Below are positions 18,073-28,095 of a stretch of DNA of 64,000 nt, piece after piece (positions within the stretch are counted from its first letter, which is position 1; each line of letters opens with the position of its first letter). Origin of the DNA: Planctomycetota bacterium (GTDB taxonomy: Bacteria; Planctomycetota; UBA8108; SXIK01); assembly GCA_965223265.1 (NCBI GenBank), contig OZ244999.1:4512001-4576000 (forward strand). The letters are read 5' to 3'. The translations under genes and the position numbers were made by a program. Under the pieces are notes generated by a model. That model was not told the origin of the DNA. It did not search any database and saw only the letters and a list, made by a program, of their open reading frames with translations.

Positions 18073-20100
18073 CTACCGACGCCGCTTGCGGCGTTGACGC
18101 GATGAGCCAGAGCGCTTGTCAGCTTTCGGCTTGGCGGCCGGAGTCGTTCCTGCGTCTCCCTTGGCGGGATAGAGTACTTTCGCCTCACCGTCCCCCCCCT
18201 GTTCCTCCTGCTTGGCCTCGGCGGCGAGCTCAGCCTTGATGATCTTGCTCTCGATGATTCCCAGGAGCGTACTGGTCATGATGTAGAGCATGAACCCCGA
18301 CGGGAAGGCGTAAAAGATAAGACCAAAAAACACCAGCATGAACGTCATCATCTTGTACTGCGCCTGCATCTGCGGATCCTCCGGCCGCGGCTGCAGACGC
18401 TGATTGATCACGGAGAAGATGACATAGAGAACCGGGAGAAGATTAAAGTACTCGAATGTGCCGCCGAAAAAATCGATGCCGAGACGGAAGAGTTGGTCAG
18501 GCTTGGTCAGATCGTCAATGTAGAGAAAGCTCGCGTGGCGAAGGCCGAACGCATAGCCGAGCGTACTGTAGAGTGCGAACCAGATTGGCAGTTGGAGGAA
18601 AATCATCAGGCAGCCGCCCATGCCTTGCGCCGGGTTGTAGCCTCGCTCTTTGAAGAGGCGCTGCATCTCCTCCTGCTGCTTCATTCGGTTGTTCCCGTGG
18701 CGCTCGCGGATAGCGTCCATCTCGGGCTTGAGCTTTTGCATCTGCTTCGACATGCGCTGCAAGTTCGCTTGCGACTTCTTGTTCACCGGATGCAGGCAGA
18801 GCTTGACAAGCACCGTCAGCAGGATGATGGCGAGCCCCCAACTCTTGAACGCGATGAAGTAAAGCCCGTCGAGCAAAGGAATGAAGAGCTTCACCAAGAA
18901 GAAATAGTCGTTGATCTCAGGGAATCCCAGAGCTTCATAGGGACTCAAGACCGACTTCTCGCGAGGCGAAAGGAAAAGTCCGTAGCGGTGAACTACAGTC
19001 TGGCCGGGCGCCAACTCGATCGAGCGCGAACGAAAGCCGGTGCGCAGATTGGAATAGGCGTCGTCAAGGTCTCCCCCAGTGCTCCGAATCTCTTCAAGAC
19101 TTCTGGCATCCGGGTAGCTCCGCGCGAAGGCGCGACCAACAAACGGTGCGACTCCTGGGGAGTCCGTGATGGGGTAGAACAATCCAGAGAAATAGTTGTT
19201 CGTCACGCCGACCCACGCGCACGTCTCCGCCTCCCAGTGTTCGACGTCCTCGGCCTCGAGGTTTTGGATGCGCACGCTACGACCACGCGTCCAAACACCC
19301 GACGAGAGGTAAAGGTCCTGCCCCGGACCAAGACGCGTCGACTCGGAAGATACGTCGACGAGCCCGAGGATCTCGTAGGTGATCGACCGTGGTGCGTCAC
19401 CGTCGTTCTTGATCTCGATCGTCACATCGACGTGCTGTCGGCCTCGTTCAGGAGTTTCTCCCCCAAAGGGCATCTCGGTGCTCGGGGCAATCGTCTTCGT
19501 TACTTGGATTTGACCAAAACGATTTGCGAAGCGCACCGACTGAGCCGCCTCAGAAGAGCCGTCCAGGACCTCAAACTCCCAGTTCTCCTCCCAGGAGATC
19601 GCCTCGTCGAGCAGCTGAAATCCAAGGAGCCCCGGCGCACCGTCCCCGGTATGGCTCAACTCGTAGGGTAGGGCACGATCGTCGGCAGCACCATACTCCG
19701 GCAGCTCGACACTCGAGACCCTACCGCCCTGGGCATCGGCCTTGAGTCGAAAGCGCACCACGTCGGCGTCGGCGGATTTTCCGTCAGCGCCCAAGTCGGT
19801 CGGCGACAGAGAGATGATCGCCGACTGGCGATCGCGCACGAGTCGTGCTGGATCTGTCGCCTCGCCGCCGTGAGGCTGATCCACCGGTGTCGCGGGGTCC
19901 GGCTGCGACGTCGGTGCCTTCTCATGCCCCGCTTGCGGAGCCGGCTCAATGCGCGGCGCGGGTCGCTCTGGTGGCGGGAACAACTTCCCATAGACAACCA
20001 GAATAGCGAGCGATATGGCGCAAAACAGAAATAGCCGGACAGCTAGAGGCACGAAGCGATCTCCGGCGGCAAGGGAGGTTCCATGCAACAGTTGCAACAC
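18073..20100 (-). CDS. yidC: Membrane protein insertase YidC (start uncertain)
   Basis: Periplasmic domain, WGLAIILLTVLVK, MQKLKPEM, GGCLMIFLQLPIWFALY and YIDDLTKPD. Confidence 0.95.
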   Translation of the reverse strand: MLQLLHGTSLAAGDRFVPLAVRLFLFCAISLAILVVYGKLFPPPERPAPRIEPAPQAGHEKAPTSQPDPATPVDQPHGGEATDPARLVRDRQSAIISLSPTDLGADGKSADADVVRFRLKADAQGGRVSSVELPEYGAADDRALPYELSHTGDGAPGLLGFQLLDEAISWEENWEFEVLDGSSEAAQSVRFANRFGQIQVTKTIAPSTEMPFGGETPERGRQHVDVTIEIKNDGDAPRSITYEILGLVDVSSESTRLGPGQDLYLSSGVWTRGRSVRIQNLEAEDVEHWEAETCAWVGVTNNYFSGLFYPITDSPGVAPFVGRAFARSYPDARSLEEIRSTGGDLDDAYSNLRTGFRSRSIELAPGQTVVHRYGLFLSPREKSVLSPYEALGFPEINDYFFLVKLFIPLLDGLYFIAFKSWGLAIILLTVLVKLCLHPVNKKSQANLQRMSKQMQKLKPEMDAIRERHGNNRMKQQEEMQRLFKERGYNPAQGMGGCLMIFLQLPIWFALYSTLGYAFGLRHASFLYIDDLTKPDQLFRLGIDFFGGTFEYFNLLPVLYVIFSVINQRLQPRPEDPQMQAQYKMMTFMLVFFGLIFYAFPSGFMLYIMTSTLLGIIESKIIKAELAAEAKQEEQGGDGEAKVLYPAKGDAGTTPAAKPKADKRSGSSRQRRKRRR

Positions 20101-20267
20101 ACCAAATCGAACGCTTGGTGCGATTGGTCGCCCTCAAAACGCTGACGTCAAACTCCGGTGGCGCTTCGCCCTCTCGGACGCGACACGCCTTCGGACTGGA
20201 CCGAAAGAGCATAATGGAAGAAGCGTCGAATTCTAATAAAAAACCGCGCTTCCGCCTGGTGAGCGAG

Positions 20268-21041
20268 CTATTTGCCTTCCTGTAACCGCTTCGCCAGGTA
20301 GTCGGGTAGATCCGGGCAGTCCTTGAAGCGGTTCACGGTGCGCTCGACGTCGTAGGCAAGGCGGCAAAACTCGATGCTCGTCTCGTCAACAATGACGTAA
20401 GAAGCGCGCCAGTCGCCGTCGCGTGGCTGCCCCACCGATCCGACGTTGACGAGAACACGCCCCGGCGAATTCCCGATCTCGTACGCCCCCCCCACCTGCG
20501 ACGGTTCGTAGAAGTGATACGAGCTGTTTTGCTCGAAGACCCCGGGGTGGTGCGTGTGGCCAGCGAAGCAGACATCCCAATCGATGTCAGCCGGCGACGA
20601 AAACACCTCGTCCATCTTCTCGCGGTCCTGAAAGTCTTGGCGGAAGATGTACTCGCGCGTTGGGTCACGCGGGGAACCGTGGACAAAGAGAAAACGTCCG
20701 TCCTGATGCTGCCGCGCCAGCCCACCGATAAAATTCCACAGTCGACGATTCTTCTCTTGTGGTTCGCTCTTGAGGCTCAGCTGCTCGCGTGTCCAATCGA
20801 TCGCGATTTTGGCTTTGGGATTGAAACCGATCGCGCCGAAGAGCACCGCTTCTTCGTGATTGCCAAGTAAGTTCACCGGGAAGCCCATTGCGAGCTCGAT
20901 GCAGCTGCGAGGATCCGGGCCGTACCCGATCAGGTCGCCCAGGCAAACGATGCGCTCGATCTCACGCCTCTCAAGGTCTTCCAAGACGGCCTCGAAAGCG
21001 GCGAGATTGCCATGAATATCGGAAACGACCGCGAACTTCAC
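20268..21041 (-). CDS. Metallophosphoesterase (calcineurin-like)
   Basis: SDIHGN, LGDLIGYG, GNHE, HGSP, GHTH and NVGSVGQPRD motifs. Confidence 0.93.
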   Translation of the reverse strand: MKFAVVSDIHGNLAAFEAVLEDLERREIERIVCLGDLIGYGPDPRSCIELAMGFPVNLLGNHEEAVLFGAIGFNPKAKIAIDWTREQLSLKSEPQEKNRRLWNFIGGLARQHQDGRFLFVHGSPRDPTREYIFRQDFQDREKMDEVFSSPADIDWDVCFAGHTHHPGVFEQNSSYHFYEPSQVGGAYEIGNSPGRVLVNVGSVGQPRDGDWRASYVIVDETSIEFCRLAYDVERTVNRFKDCPDLPDYLAKRLQEGK

Positions 21042-21543
21042 GAGTGACTCGACTCCCTAAGCTGAGATCGCGTGGGACTCAGCAGCCGCGGGCAAATCGT
21101 CCGTCGAGCATGCACTCGATCGATCCCAAATAGCAGTGAACGACGATCAGCGACCAACAACGACGCTCCTCGAAGGCTGAGTGACCTCCGCCTGCGACGA
21201 AAGAGGCGGATTCGGTCGATTCGCGAGGCGACACACACTCTTTTTTTCGGTATTTCGCCGTTATCCCTTCAGGGATCGCCCTTATTTTGACACCGCGCCA
21301 ACCAAAATCTACTAAGAAACGCCGAACGAGAGGCCTGTCGCGGCTGTCCAAGCGGCCGCTCGGACGGACGTAACCATGGACGCAGCGGGCGGTTCCAGCG
21401 CCGCCATGATCGCCAAGCGGGCGGTGGTCGCGGGCCTCCCCCTCAACGCTGGCGCTGCACGGCGGCAATTTGTCGAACCGTCATCGGCGTGGAGCGGAAG
21501 CGGCGTGAAATGTCGGGTCCGGGCTATCGGAACCGCGCGGCGC

Positions 21544-21876
21544 TCAGGAAAATGCGCCGACGACGACGCACGCGAGCGTGAGCACGGTCAACAGGCTGCC
21601 GAACGCCACCGTGATCAGAGAAAGAACTGCTCGCCCAGTGGCCATCCAGTAACGCATCGCGAGAACGACAGCGAACGGCGGCGCGAGCAACAGAAACGCC
21701 GTGCCAAGCCCCTCGACGACAGGCTGGGCGCTAAAGAGGAAGCGGTACTCGTCATCGAACGGCAGCGAAAGGTGAAGTGCGACAACGCTGGCGACAAGCC
21801 CAAACGCGATGAGACCAAGGTAGCGTCGATATCCGGTCGGGGCTTGGATTCGGGGGAAGTGATTGGCGGGTTGCAT
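21544..21876 (-). CDS. Small hypothetical membrane protein (about 3 TM)
   Basis: Three hydrophobic segments; follows the large lipoprotein gene; AG-rich RBS. Confidence 0.6.
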   Translation of the reverse strand: MQPANHFPRIQAPTGYRRYLGLIAFGLVASVVALHLSLPFDDEYRFLFSAQPVVEGLGTAFLLLAPPFAVVLAMRYWMATGRAVLSLITVAFGSLLTVLTLACVVVGAFS

Positions 21877-21969
21877 CTTCTCTCTACTTCTTCAGTCTTC
21901 CGGAGTGGATCTGCTGGTCAAACAAGGCGAGCTCGGTCAGTGGTCGGATCCATGACTCGCGGTGCGGCA

Positions 21970-24900
21970 TCAAGACGTCGTGCACGAGGTGAGAAAGTCG
22001 GGCGTCGGATCGAGTCCCAGGTCAGGCCACGGAAGCGGCAGCGTCGTACGCCCACCGAATAGGTGTTCCATGAGCGCCGTGACATCTCCGCCGTCGATCA
22101 CACCGTCATCGTTCACATCGGCGGCATCGAGATTCTCGGGGAAGTCAACACTGCTGCCGGCAACCAGCTCACTCAAAAACACGGTGTCGGCGATACTGAT
22201 TTGCTCGTCGCCGTTCACATCGCCGCGAACGAACGCGGGGGCCGGATGCTCGAAGGTAAAACCGCCATCGAGGCGCACCGACGAAATTCCGTCGGTTCTC
22301 ACGGAGACCCCGACCGTCTCTGTACCTTCAGGCACTTCCGGGGTGACGACGCGCGCTGTTTGCGCATCGAGCACCACGACACTCGGTGCGGGCACATCAC
22401 CGAAGAGCACTTCGAGGGAGGCGAGGAACGCGCGCCCGGCAACGATGACCTCATCGCCGCCGCAGATCGTGCCGTTCGATGGCGTGACGCTGACGATCGC
22501 CAGTTCGTCTCCACCGCCGCCACTGACCGTAAAACTGCTCGGCAGACGCAGCGTCGTCACTGATGGAACCATGAGTTCAATGTCAGCAATCTCGCCTTCG
22601 TGCCCAGTCATGTTTGGCGTGCGGACCAAGAGGCGTCTCCCGTCCGCGTCGACACGATCGACCGTTGCCGCCAGGCGATCGCCATTCGGAAAGACAAACG
22701 TCACGGCCGATAGCGGCGCGAAACCAGCACCCGTAAGAGCCACCAACTCGCCGCCAGCCGCAGCACCGGTGCTGCGGTCGATCGCAACCAGCTGGGGGAA
22801 CTCGTAGGCGTAGGCCTGGACCAACTCCATCGTGCCGCTGGCGGAGAGGAACTGAACGTTCGCAGCAAAGCTGGTCGGGACAGCACTCGCCGGACGCAGG
22901 AGGGAGTCGGGAGCGCGAAAACGGATTTGTTGACTCGCGATCGACATTACGTCGCTCGGTACGACGTCGAGGCTCGCGGGGCTTGCCGGTCCTTCGATGC
23001 GCACGAAGCGAATGGTGAAATCATTGGCGCTGAGCGAGTCGAAGCCACTACCCGAGAGCGTCAGTTCGTTCCCACCAAGGAGCGGCCCGGTGCTCGGGGA
23101 GAGCCCGGTGATCTCTGGGTTCGCAGCGACGCCAGTGAATTGAACACTTCCAGGAAAGAAGGCCTCGAGATCTGGAACGCCTGGCACGTCGAAATCAGGA
23201 AAGAACGCCGTGGGATTGTCCGTGCCGGTGTTGACGAAGGAGACCTCGACGGATTCTCCGGCAGTGGCCTTGCCGCTGCGGGGGCGAAACTTGAAATTCG
23301 CAACGTTGAGTAGAACGCCAGGCGCGAGGAAATCGAGTCCAGCCTCAGGGTCTGTCAGATTGAAGCCCAGCCAGGCGATCACGGCGTCCCCTTCGAGATT
23401 CGCGGTTTGAATGCTCGCCTCGTTAGGCAGAATGTACGTCCCGCGTCCGAACACGGCGGAGTCGGCTTGGTCTTCATTCGAGACCTGAAGAATCTCGAGA
23501 ACACTTCGATCCCAGCGCACATGAATCGTGAAACTATTGATGCGATAGCCGGGCACGGTTTCAGGAAATGTCGCGAAGACCGCGAGATCGAACACGTCGC
23601 TGGAGCCGGCAGGAATCGCGACATCTTCGACCACGACATAGCGTGAGATCACCTCAAGTGACGCGTTCGTCTCAGGCACGGGAGTCGGCGCTGGCTCGGA
23701 GGCGAACTGAAGCTGACTATCACCCACGAACGTCAAATCGAAGGAACCAGCAAGTCCGAAATTCTCGGGGACACTGCCGACGATCGTAGCCAGCAGAACA
23801 TCGCCATCGGCGTTACCGTCGCCGTCTTGGTCAGGAGAAATCTGGGCGCCCGTGACCTCGACGACGGCGCGGCGACGATTCGGAGAGGCGGCCGGAAGGA
23901 CCTGGAAGTCCGCTACTGCCCCCACATGATCCAGTTCGAGCTCGATCGGGAAGCGTGTCTCGAGAAACGCCGGCACTTCCAACTCGAAGCTAAAACCACT
24001 GAGTGTGCCGAGCGCTTGGGCGCGGACTGGAATCTCTACTCGACTCAACCCCACCCCGGTGGAGACTTCATCGACCGCGATCGCGGCGTCGAAGTCAACA
24101 CGACATGAGCGGCGAAGCGATTCCGGCGTCGGCTGGAGCGCGGGCGGGAGGGAGCCATTGAACGCTGCTCGGAGCTCGAACGTGTACTCGCCGATCGGCG
24201 TCGGCATCTCCAGCCGAAAATCGACCGCGCCAAGGTCGAGGGAAACGGTTTGACCGGCCCCCTGGAGGACGCCACCAACGCGCTGTTCGATCGCAAGCGC
24301 AAGGCTCGAATAACCTTGCCAGACCCGCGACCAGCTCAGATCGACGTCGCCGTCGCCAGTCACCTGACACGTCAGGCCGGCGTCAAGCGCGGGAACGGGT
24401 ACCTGAATCGTATTGGAATTTACCGTCGTGCTCGGAATGCCCCCGACGCTGCCCACCAGCGACGCAACGTATTCGCCGGGCGTGACGCCGCCCGGTGCGC
24501 CGTCGGCGTCGTACTCGAACTCCGTCGCCGAACCGCCGAGTACTGTCGCGACAACGACCTGGCTCGTCGTCGAGTCGCGCAGTTCCACCGAGACGCTGTC
24601 GTAGCCTTCGCCGTTCGCCCACTCAAGGCGAAGAACGTTCGGCGCGTCGCTCGACGTCCGTGCACTCAACGCGGCACGGGTGATCGTCGGCGCCAAGGTT
24701 TCCGTTAAATCTGGGTCGCCCACAGGCCCGCCCTCGCAGGGAGCTCGTGGTCCCTCCTCGCTACCGATCACCGCCGCCACTTCGTAGAGATCCGAGCCCG
24801 CCGGCGAAGGCGATCGATCGACGAACTCCCTAGACGCGCCGAGGGGTTGCGAGACGAGCCGACCATTGCGATAAATGCGGAACGACTCCGCAAAGTGCGA

Positions 24901-27807
24901 CAGCGACCACGAGACTCTGTTTTCTGTCGTTGAAACAGCGCTGCACTGAACTTGGGGCGCATGGATGCCGATGATCTCGCACGTGGCGAGAATGATCTCG
25001 CCGTCACTGCGTCGACCACTGAGCTCGACGACGAGGCGTCCGGTTTTCGTTGTGATGACGTCCGTCGACGTCGCATCCCCAGCCAGTGCGCCAACGTTTT
25101 CACCGTCGAGCAAAACGTCGAACGACTGAAAGGTCGCGCCGCTGGGGCTCGACCAGCTGATGAGCGCAGTCATGTCGCCGCTTCGTCGCTCCACGACTTC
25201 GCACTCGATCGCGAGGTCCTCGGGTGGAGGTGGGTCGAGCGCAACTTCCAGTTCGGTTCCAACGATGACTGCCGGCACGTCTAGCAGTGCATTGCCTTCG
25301 GAAACGGCGACAAGGTTGTCGAACTCCAGGTCGCCGTCAGTGAAGCCCTCGAGCCGAAGCAGCGTCGACTCTCCTTCCATGACTTCGGGGATTCTGAAGA
25401 CGAACGTACCAAGCTCGAGGTCATTGGTCGGCAGGCCACGAGTGTTCTGGTTGTATCGCATGGTCGCCGCCGCGCGTCCGGAACAGCCACTGAGGGACTC
25501 GTCAGGACAGAGCGTGAAGCTCGCGATCGTCGAGAAGTCCAGCGGCGCCTCGAATCCCTCGTAAGTCAGAAGCGTTTCGTCGTACTCCAGGGCCAACGAA
25601 TAGCCGCCAAAATTCTCGGTAATCGTTCCCGAGATCACGACGCGCAGGGTGTCATCAACAATGGTGCTGACGAGTGACGTCGTCGGATCGGCTGGCACGG
25701 CCGAGGCGAGCGGTGCGATCTGAAACGAGCTCGGCTGAGTCGAAGTCGGCACCAAGACCTCGTCCGCCAGACGCAGAGACGGAGTGCGCGATTCCGGAGT
25801 CAGGAGCACCAAATCAAGCCCGCTATTGCCGTCGACGTCGGCAATCGTGAGGTCAGTCGACAATGCGCCCACGCCGCTGAGATCTTCGCGGTCATACTGC
25901 TCGGGCTCGTCTTCGCGGCCGAGGAAAAGGGCGACGTCGCCGCTGTCAGAAACGATCACGAGATCGGTAGCGCCGTCACCGTCGAACTCCATGGCTGCCG
26001 CATGAGAGGCACCGCTCAAGCCCGCGTCGAGAGCCGGCAGACGACGGGGAGCCAAGTCACTCGAGAGCAGATCTGTGCCGGCGACAACAGCGCCTGCGAT
26101 CGTCAACTGCGCGTTGGTGTAGACGAGTGCGCCTGCGTCGTTCCAGACCACGATGTCGGTGTCGTGATCACTTTGGAAGTCGAAGAGCTCGAAGGCGTGA
26201 ACCCTCCCGAGCGCGCCTTCGTCAACGCCTGGCAGATCGCGCAGTGTCCGAAGGGCGACGGGTGCTGCGCCGCTGCTGAGATTCTGGTACAGACTCACCG
26301 AACCGTCGGTGTTGAGCGTGACGAGATCGACAAGCCCGTTGCCGTTCAAGTCGCCCGACTTGATGTCAACGGCAGGTTTGAACCCGTCAACAGCAGCTTC
26401 GACACGAGCCAGGCTTGGAATGGGCAGAACGCTATCCGGATCGAGGGGATCGATCGTGTCCGGATCGGGCGGCAGTTCGACGCGCGACAGAATCGTCAGT
26501 GGCTCGCTCGCCGCGTCGTGCAGTAGCAGCACCTCGGCCGAGCCGTCAACGTCGAGGTCGACCAGTCGCATGGCAAGCGCCTCGCTCACCGCAACATCGA
26601 TGGGGTTCCCAGCGACCAAGCTGGTGGCCGAGTTCACCTCATACGGCACCAACCGCGTGCCGCCGTCGCCGCTGAGGAGGACGTAGACCTCCGCCTCGCC
26701 GTCGCGGTCCAGATCGAGCACGGCGGCATCGCGCGCCGTCACGTCGCCGAAGTCGCCACCGTCGAGCAACAGATCGACGGAGCTACTCGACCAGGCCGCA
26801 GCGGCTACTTGACGGTAGAGCTCGAGTGTCGTCGGTGTCAGCGCCACAAACTCGACACCCTCGGTTGCCGGCAAGAAATCCGCTGCGATCACGCGCAGCG
26901 GCGTCGCGCCCAGCGGAGGCGCGGTGGAGTCAACCCAGCCGCCTTCGACGAGCCCCGTTTCGACCTGGAATCGCAGCAGGCGCGGCACCAGCTGTTCGGG
27001 GATCGCCGCCGGATCTGTGGTCGATTCCTGAATGGTACGGCTCCAAGCCACTTCGACTACTTCGCCGGGCAAGAACGCATCACCGGTGGCGAGGCGATGG
27101 GTCACCTCCAAGACACCGGCGCCCTGCGTTCTCGTGAACGCGTTCTCGATGTCGAGCCGCAGACCGGAGTGTAGACCGCGAATCGCCACACCGGCGTCCA
27201 AGCTATTGCCGACCACTGGACGGTTGAATGACGCACCAATGCGGGGCACAAGGTCGACGCCCGCCGTCAGCGCCTCCGGATTTGTCGCGGTAACCAGTAG
27301 TGAAAGCGTACTCGTACCTGTCTCACGGATGCGGAAACGGATCGTCTTGCTGTCGCTGAGCGGCACTCCGTGCGCAGTGACATCGTGACTGATGAAAACC
27401 GTGATCGTTTCGCCTTCCTTGAACTGCTGCGCTTCGTCGAGCAGAAAGACCAAGGTGTCAAACTCCGCACCTTCCTCGGCGCCACCCTGTGAGGCGTTAA
27501 AGTCCTCAACCGTTGAGCCCAACGTCAGTCCATCCCATTGCGCCAAGGCGATGGTCCCGGAGTACTCGCTGGCGGTGAAGTCACCGGTGACTCGAATCAA
27601 TCCGCTGTCGCTGAGATTGTCGTCAACTTCGGTTGTCGTGTTGGAGAGTCGAATCGCCACGATCGTACGTGGGTCGACGCTCGATTGTCCGTCAGCCGGA
27701 AACGTCGAGGCGACGCGCGTCCGACTGTCGCACGAGGTTCCGACGGACAACGCGACAAAAGCGAGGAGAGAGAAGGTGAAACGTCGAATGCAGGCAGGAG
27801 GAGTCAT
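21970..27807 (-). CDS. 1945-aa multidomain surface lipoprotein: Ig-like x2, FG-GAP/VCBS repeats, cohesin-like x3, FN3-like, IPT/TIG x3, C-terminal dockerin-like
   Basis: Lipobox VGTSC; DLDRDGEAEV, DLNGNGLVDL and DVDGNSGLDL repeats; GGYSLALEYDETLL; PSTGPLLGGNELTLSGSGF; FVRGDVNGD..AADVNDDG. Confidence 0.85.
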   Translation of the reverse strand: MTPPACIRRFTFSLLAFVALSVGTSCDSRTRVASTFPADGQSSVDPRTIVAIRLSNTTTEVDDNLSDSGLIRVTGDFTASEYSGTIALAQWDGLTLGSTVEDFNASQGGAEEGAEFDTLVFLLDEAQQFKEGETITVFISHDVTAHGVPLSDSKTIRFRIRETGTSTLSLLVTATNPEALTAGVDLVPRIGASFNRPVVGNSLDAGVAIRGLHSGLRLDIENAFTRTQGAGVLEVTHRLATGDAFLPGEVVEVAWSRTIQESTTDPAAIPEQLVPRLLRFQVETGLVEGGWVDSTAPPLGATPLRVIAADFLPATEGVEFVALTPTTLELYRQVAAAAWSSSSVDLLLDGGDFGDVTARDAAVLDLDRDGEAEVYVLLSGDGGTRLVPYEVNSATSLVAGNPIDVAVSEALAMRLVDLDVDGSAEVLLLHDAASEPLTILSRVELPPDPDTIDPLDPDSVLPIPSLARVEAAVDGFKPAVDIKSGDLNGNGLVDLVTLNTDGSVSLYQNLSSGAAPVALRTLRDLPGVDEGALGRVHAFELFDFQSDHDTDIVVWNDAGALVYTNAQLTIAGAVVAGTDLLSSDLAPRRLPALDAGLSGASHAAAMEFDGDGATDLVIVSDSGDVALFLGREDEPEQYDREDLSGVGALSTDLTIADVDGNSGLDLVLLTPESRTPSLRLADEVLVPTSTQPSSFQIAPLASAVPADPTTSLVSTIVDDTLRVVISGTITENFGGYSLALEYDETLLTYEGFEAPLDFSTIASFTLCPDESLSGCSGRAAATMRYNQNTRGLPTNDLELGTFVFRIPEVMEGESTLLRLEGFTDGDLEFDNLVAVSEGNALLDVPAVIVGTELEVALDPPPPEDLAIECEVVERRSGDMTALISWSSPSGATFQSFDVLLDGENVGALAGDATSTDVITTKTGRLVVELSGRRSDGEIILATCEIIGIHAPQVQCSAVSTTENRVSWSLSHFAESFRIYRNGRLVSQPLGASREFVDRSPSPAGSDLYEVAAVIGSEEGPRAPCEGGPVGDPDLTETLAPTITRAALSARTSSDAPNVLRLEWANGEGYDSVSVELRDSTTSQVVVATVLGGSATEFEYDADGAPGGVTPGEYVASLVGSVGGIPSTTVNSNTIQVPVPALDAGLTCQVTGDGDVDLSWSRVWQGYSSLALAIEQRVGGVLQGAGQTVSLDLGAVDFRLEMPTPIGEYTFELRAAFNGSLPPALQPTPESLRRSCRVDFDAAIAVDEVSTGVGLSRVEIPVRAQALGTLSGFSFELEVPAFLETRFPIELELDHVGAVADFQVLPAASPNRRRAVVEVTGAQISPDQDGDGNADGDVLLATIVGSVPENFGLAGSFDLTFVGDSQLQFASEPAPTPVPETNASLEVISRYVVVEDVAIPAGSSDVFDLAVFATFPETVPGYRINSFTIHVRWDRSVLEILQVSNEDQADSAVFGRGTYILPNEASIQTANLEGDAVIAWLGFNLTDPEAGLDFLAPGVLLNVANFKFRPRSGKATAGESVEVSFVNTGTDNPTAFFPDFDVPGVPDLEAFFPGSVQFTGVAANPEITGLSPSTGPLLGGNELTLSGSGFDSLSANDFTIRFVRIEGPASPASLDVVPSDVMSIASQQIRFRAPDSLLRPASAVPTSFAANVQFLSASGTMELVQAYAYEFPQLVAIDRSTGAAAGGELVALTGAGFAPLSAVTFVFPNGDRLAATVDRVDADGRRLLVRTPNMTGHEGEIADIELMVPSVTTLRLPSSFTVSGGGGDELAIVSVTPSNGTICGGDEVIVAGRAFLASLEVLFGDVPAPSVVVLDAQTARVVTPEVPEGTETVGVSVRTDGISSVRLDGGFTFEHPAPAFVRGDVNGDEQISIADTVFLSELVAGSSVDFPENLDAADVNDDGVIDGGDVTALMEHLFGGRTTLPLPWPDLGLDPTPDFLTSCTTS

Positions 27808-27911
27808 GAAGATCTTCAGCTCCGGAAAGGATAGCTCAGCACTTCAGTAGCGAGTCTGAAGATAGGGTGCGTCGTCAGAATGGCGCCGCGGTGGAAGGAA
27901 GGATGAGATCG

Positions 27912-27940
27912 ATGTTAGAGGTCGATTCGAAGCAAGTCAA
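27912..27940 (-). promoter_or_regulatory. sigma70-like promoter of the 1945-aa gene
   Basis: TTGACT-N17-TAACAT. Confidence 0.55.
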
Positions 27941-28007
27941 CATCGTGACGGCGAGCGGAAATTACCGTGCCAAATCGCTGAGCGCTCGCAAGCAGCGGAC
28001 CAGAACG

Positions 28008-28043
28008 AAAAAAAGGATCCCCTCCATTGAAGGAGAGGACCCT
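28008..28043 (-). terminator. Rho-independent terminator
   Basis: 11-bp stem with wobble pairs, followed by T7 on the minus strand. Confidence 0.8.
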
Positions 28044-28095
28044 CTCGTGACTGTTTCTTAAGGACGACGCCTTTTCGGATGGCGCCGCGCGAATG

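Noticed and set aside
21038-21238. Arg-rich ORF upstream of the yidC region as rnpA or rpmH
   Set aside because: Lacks the RNR motif of RnpA and the L34 sequence; probably spurious
27957-27972. sigma54 promoter for the 1945-aa gene (TGGCACGGTAATTTCC)
   Set aside because: The -12 GC is missing and a sigma70-like promoter fits better
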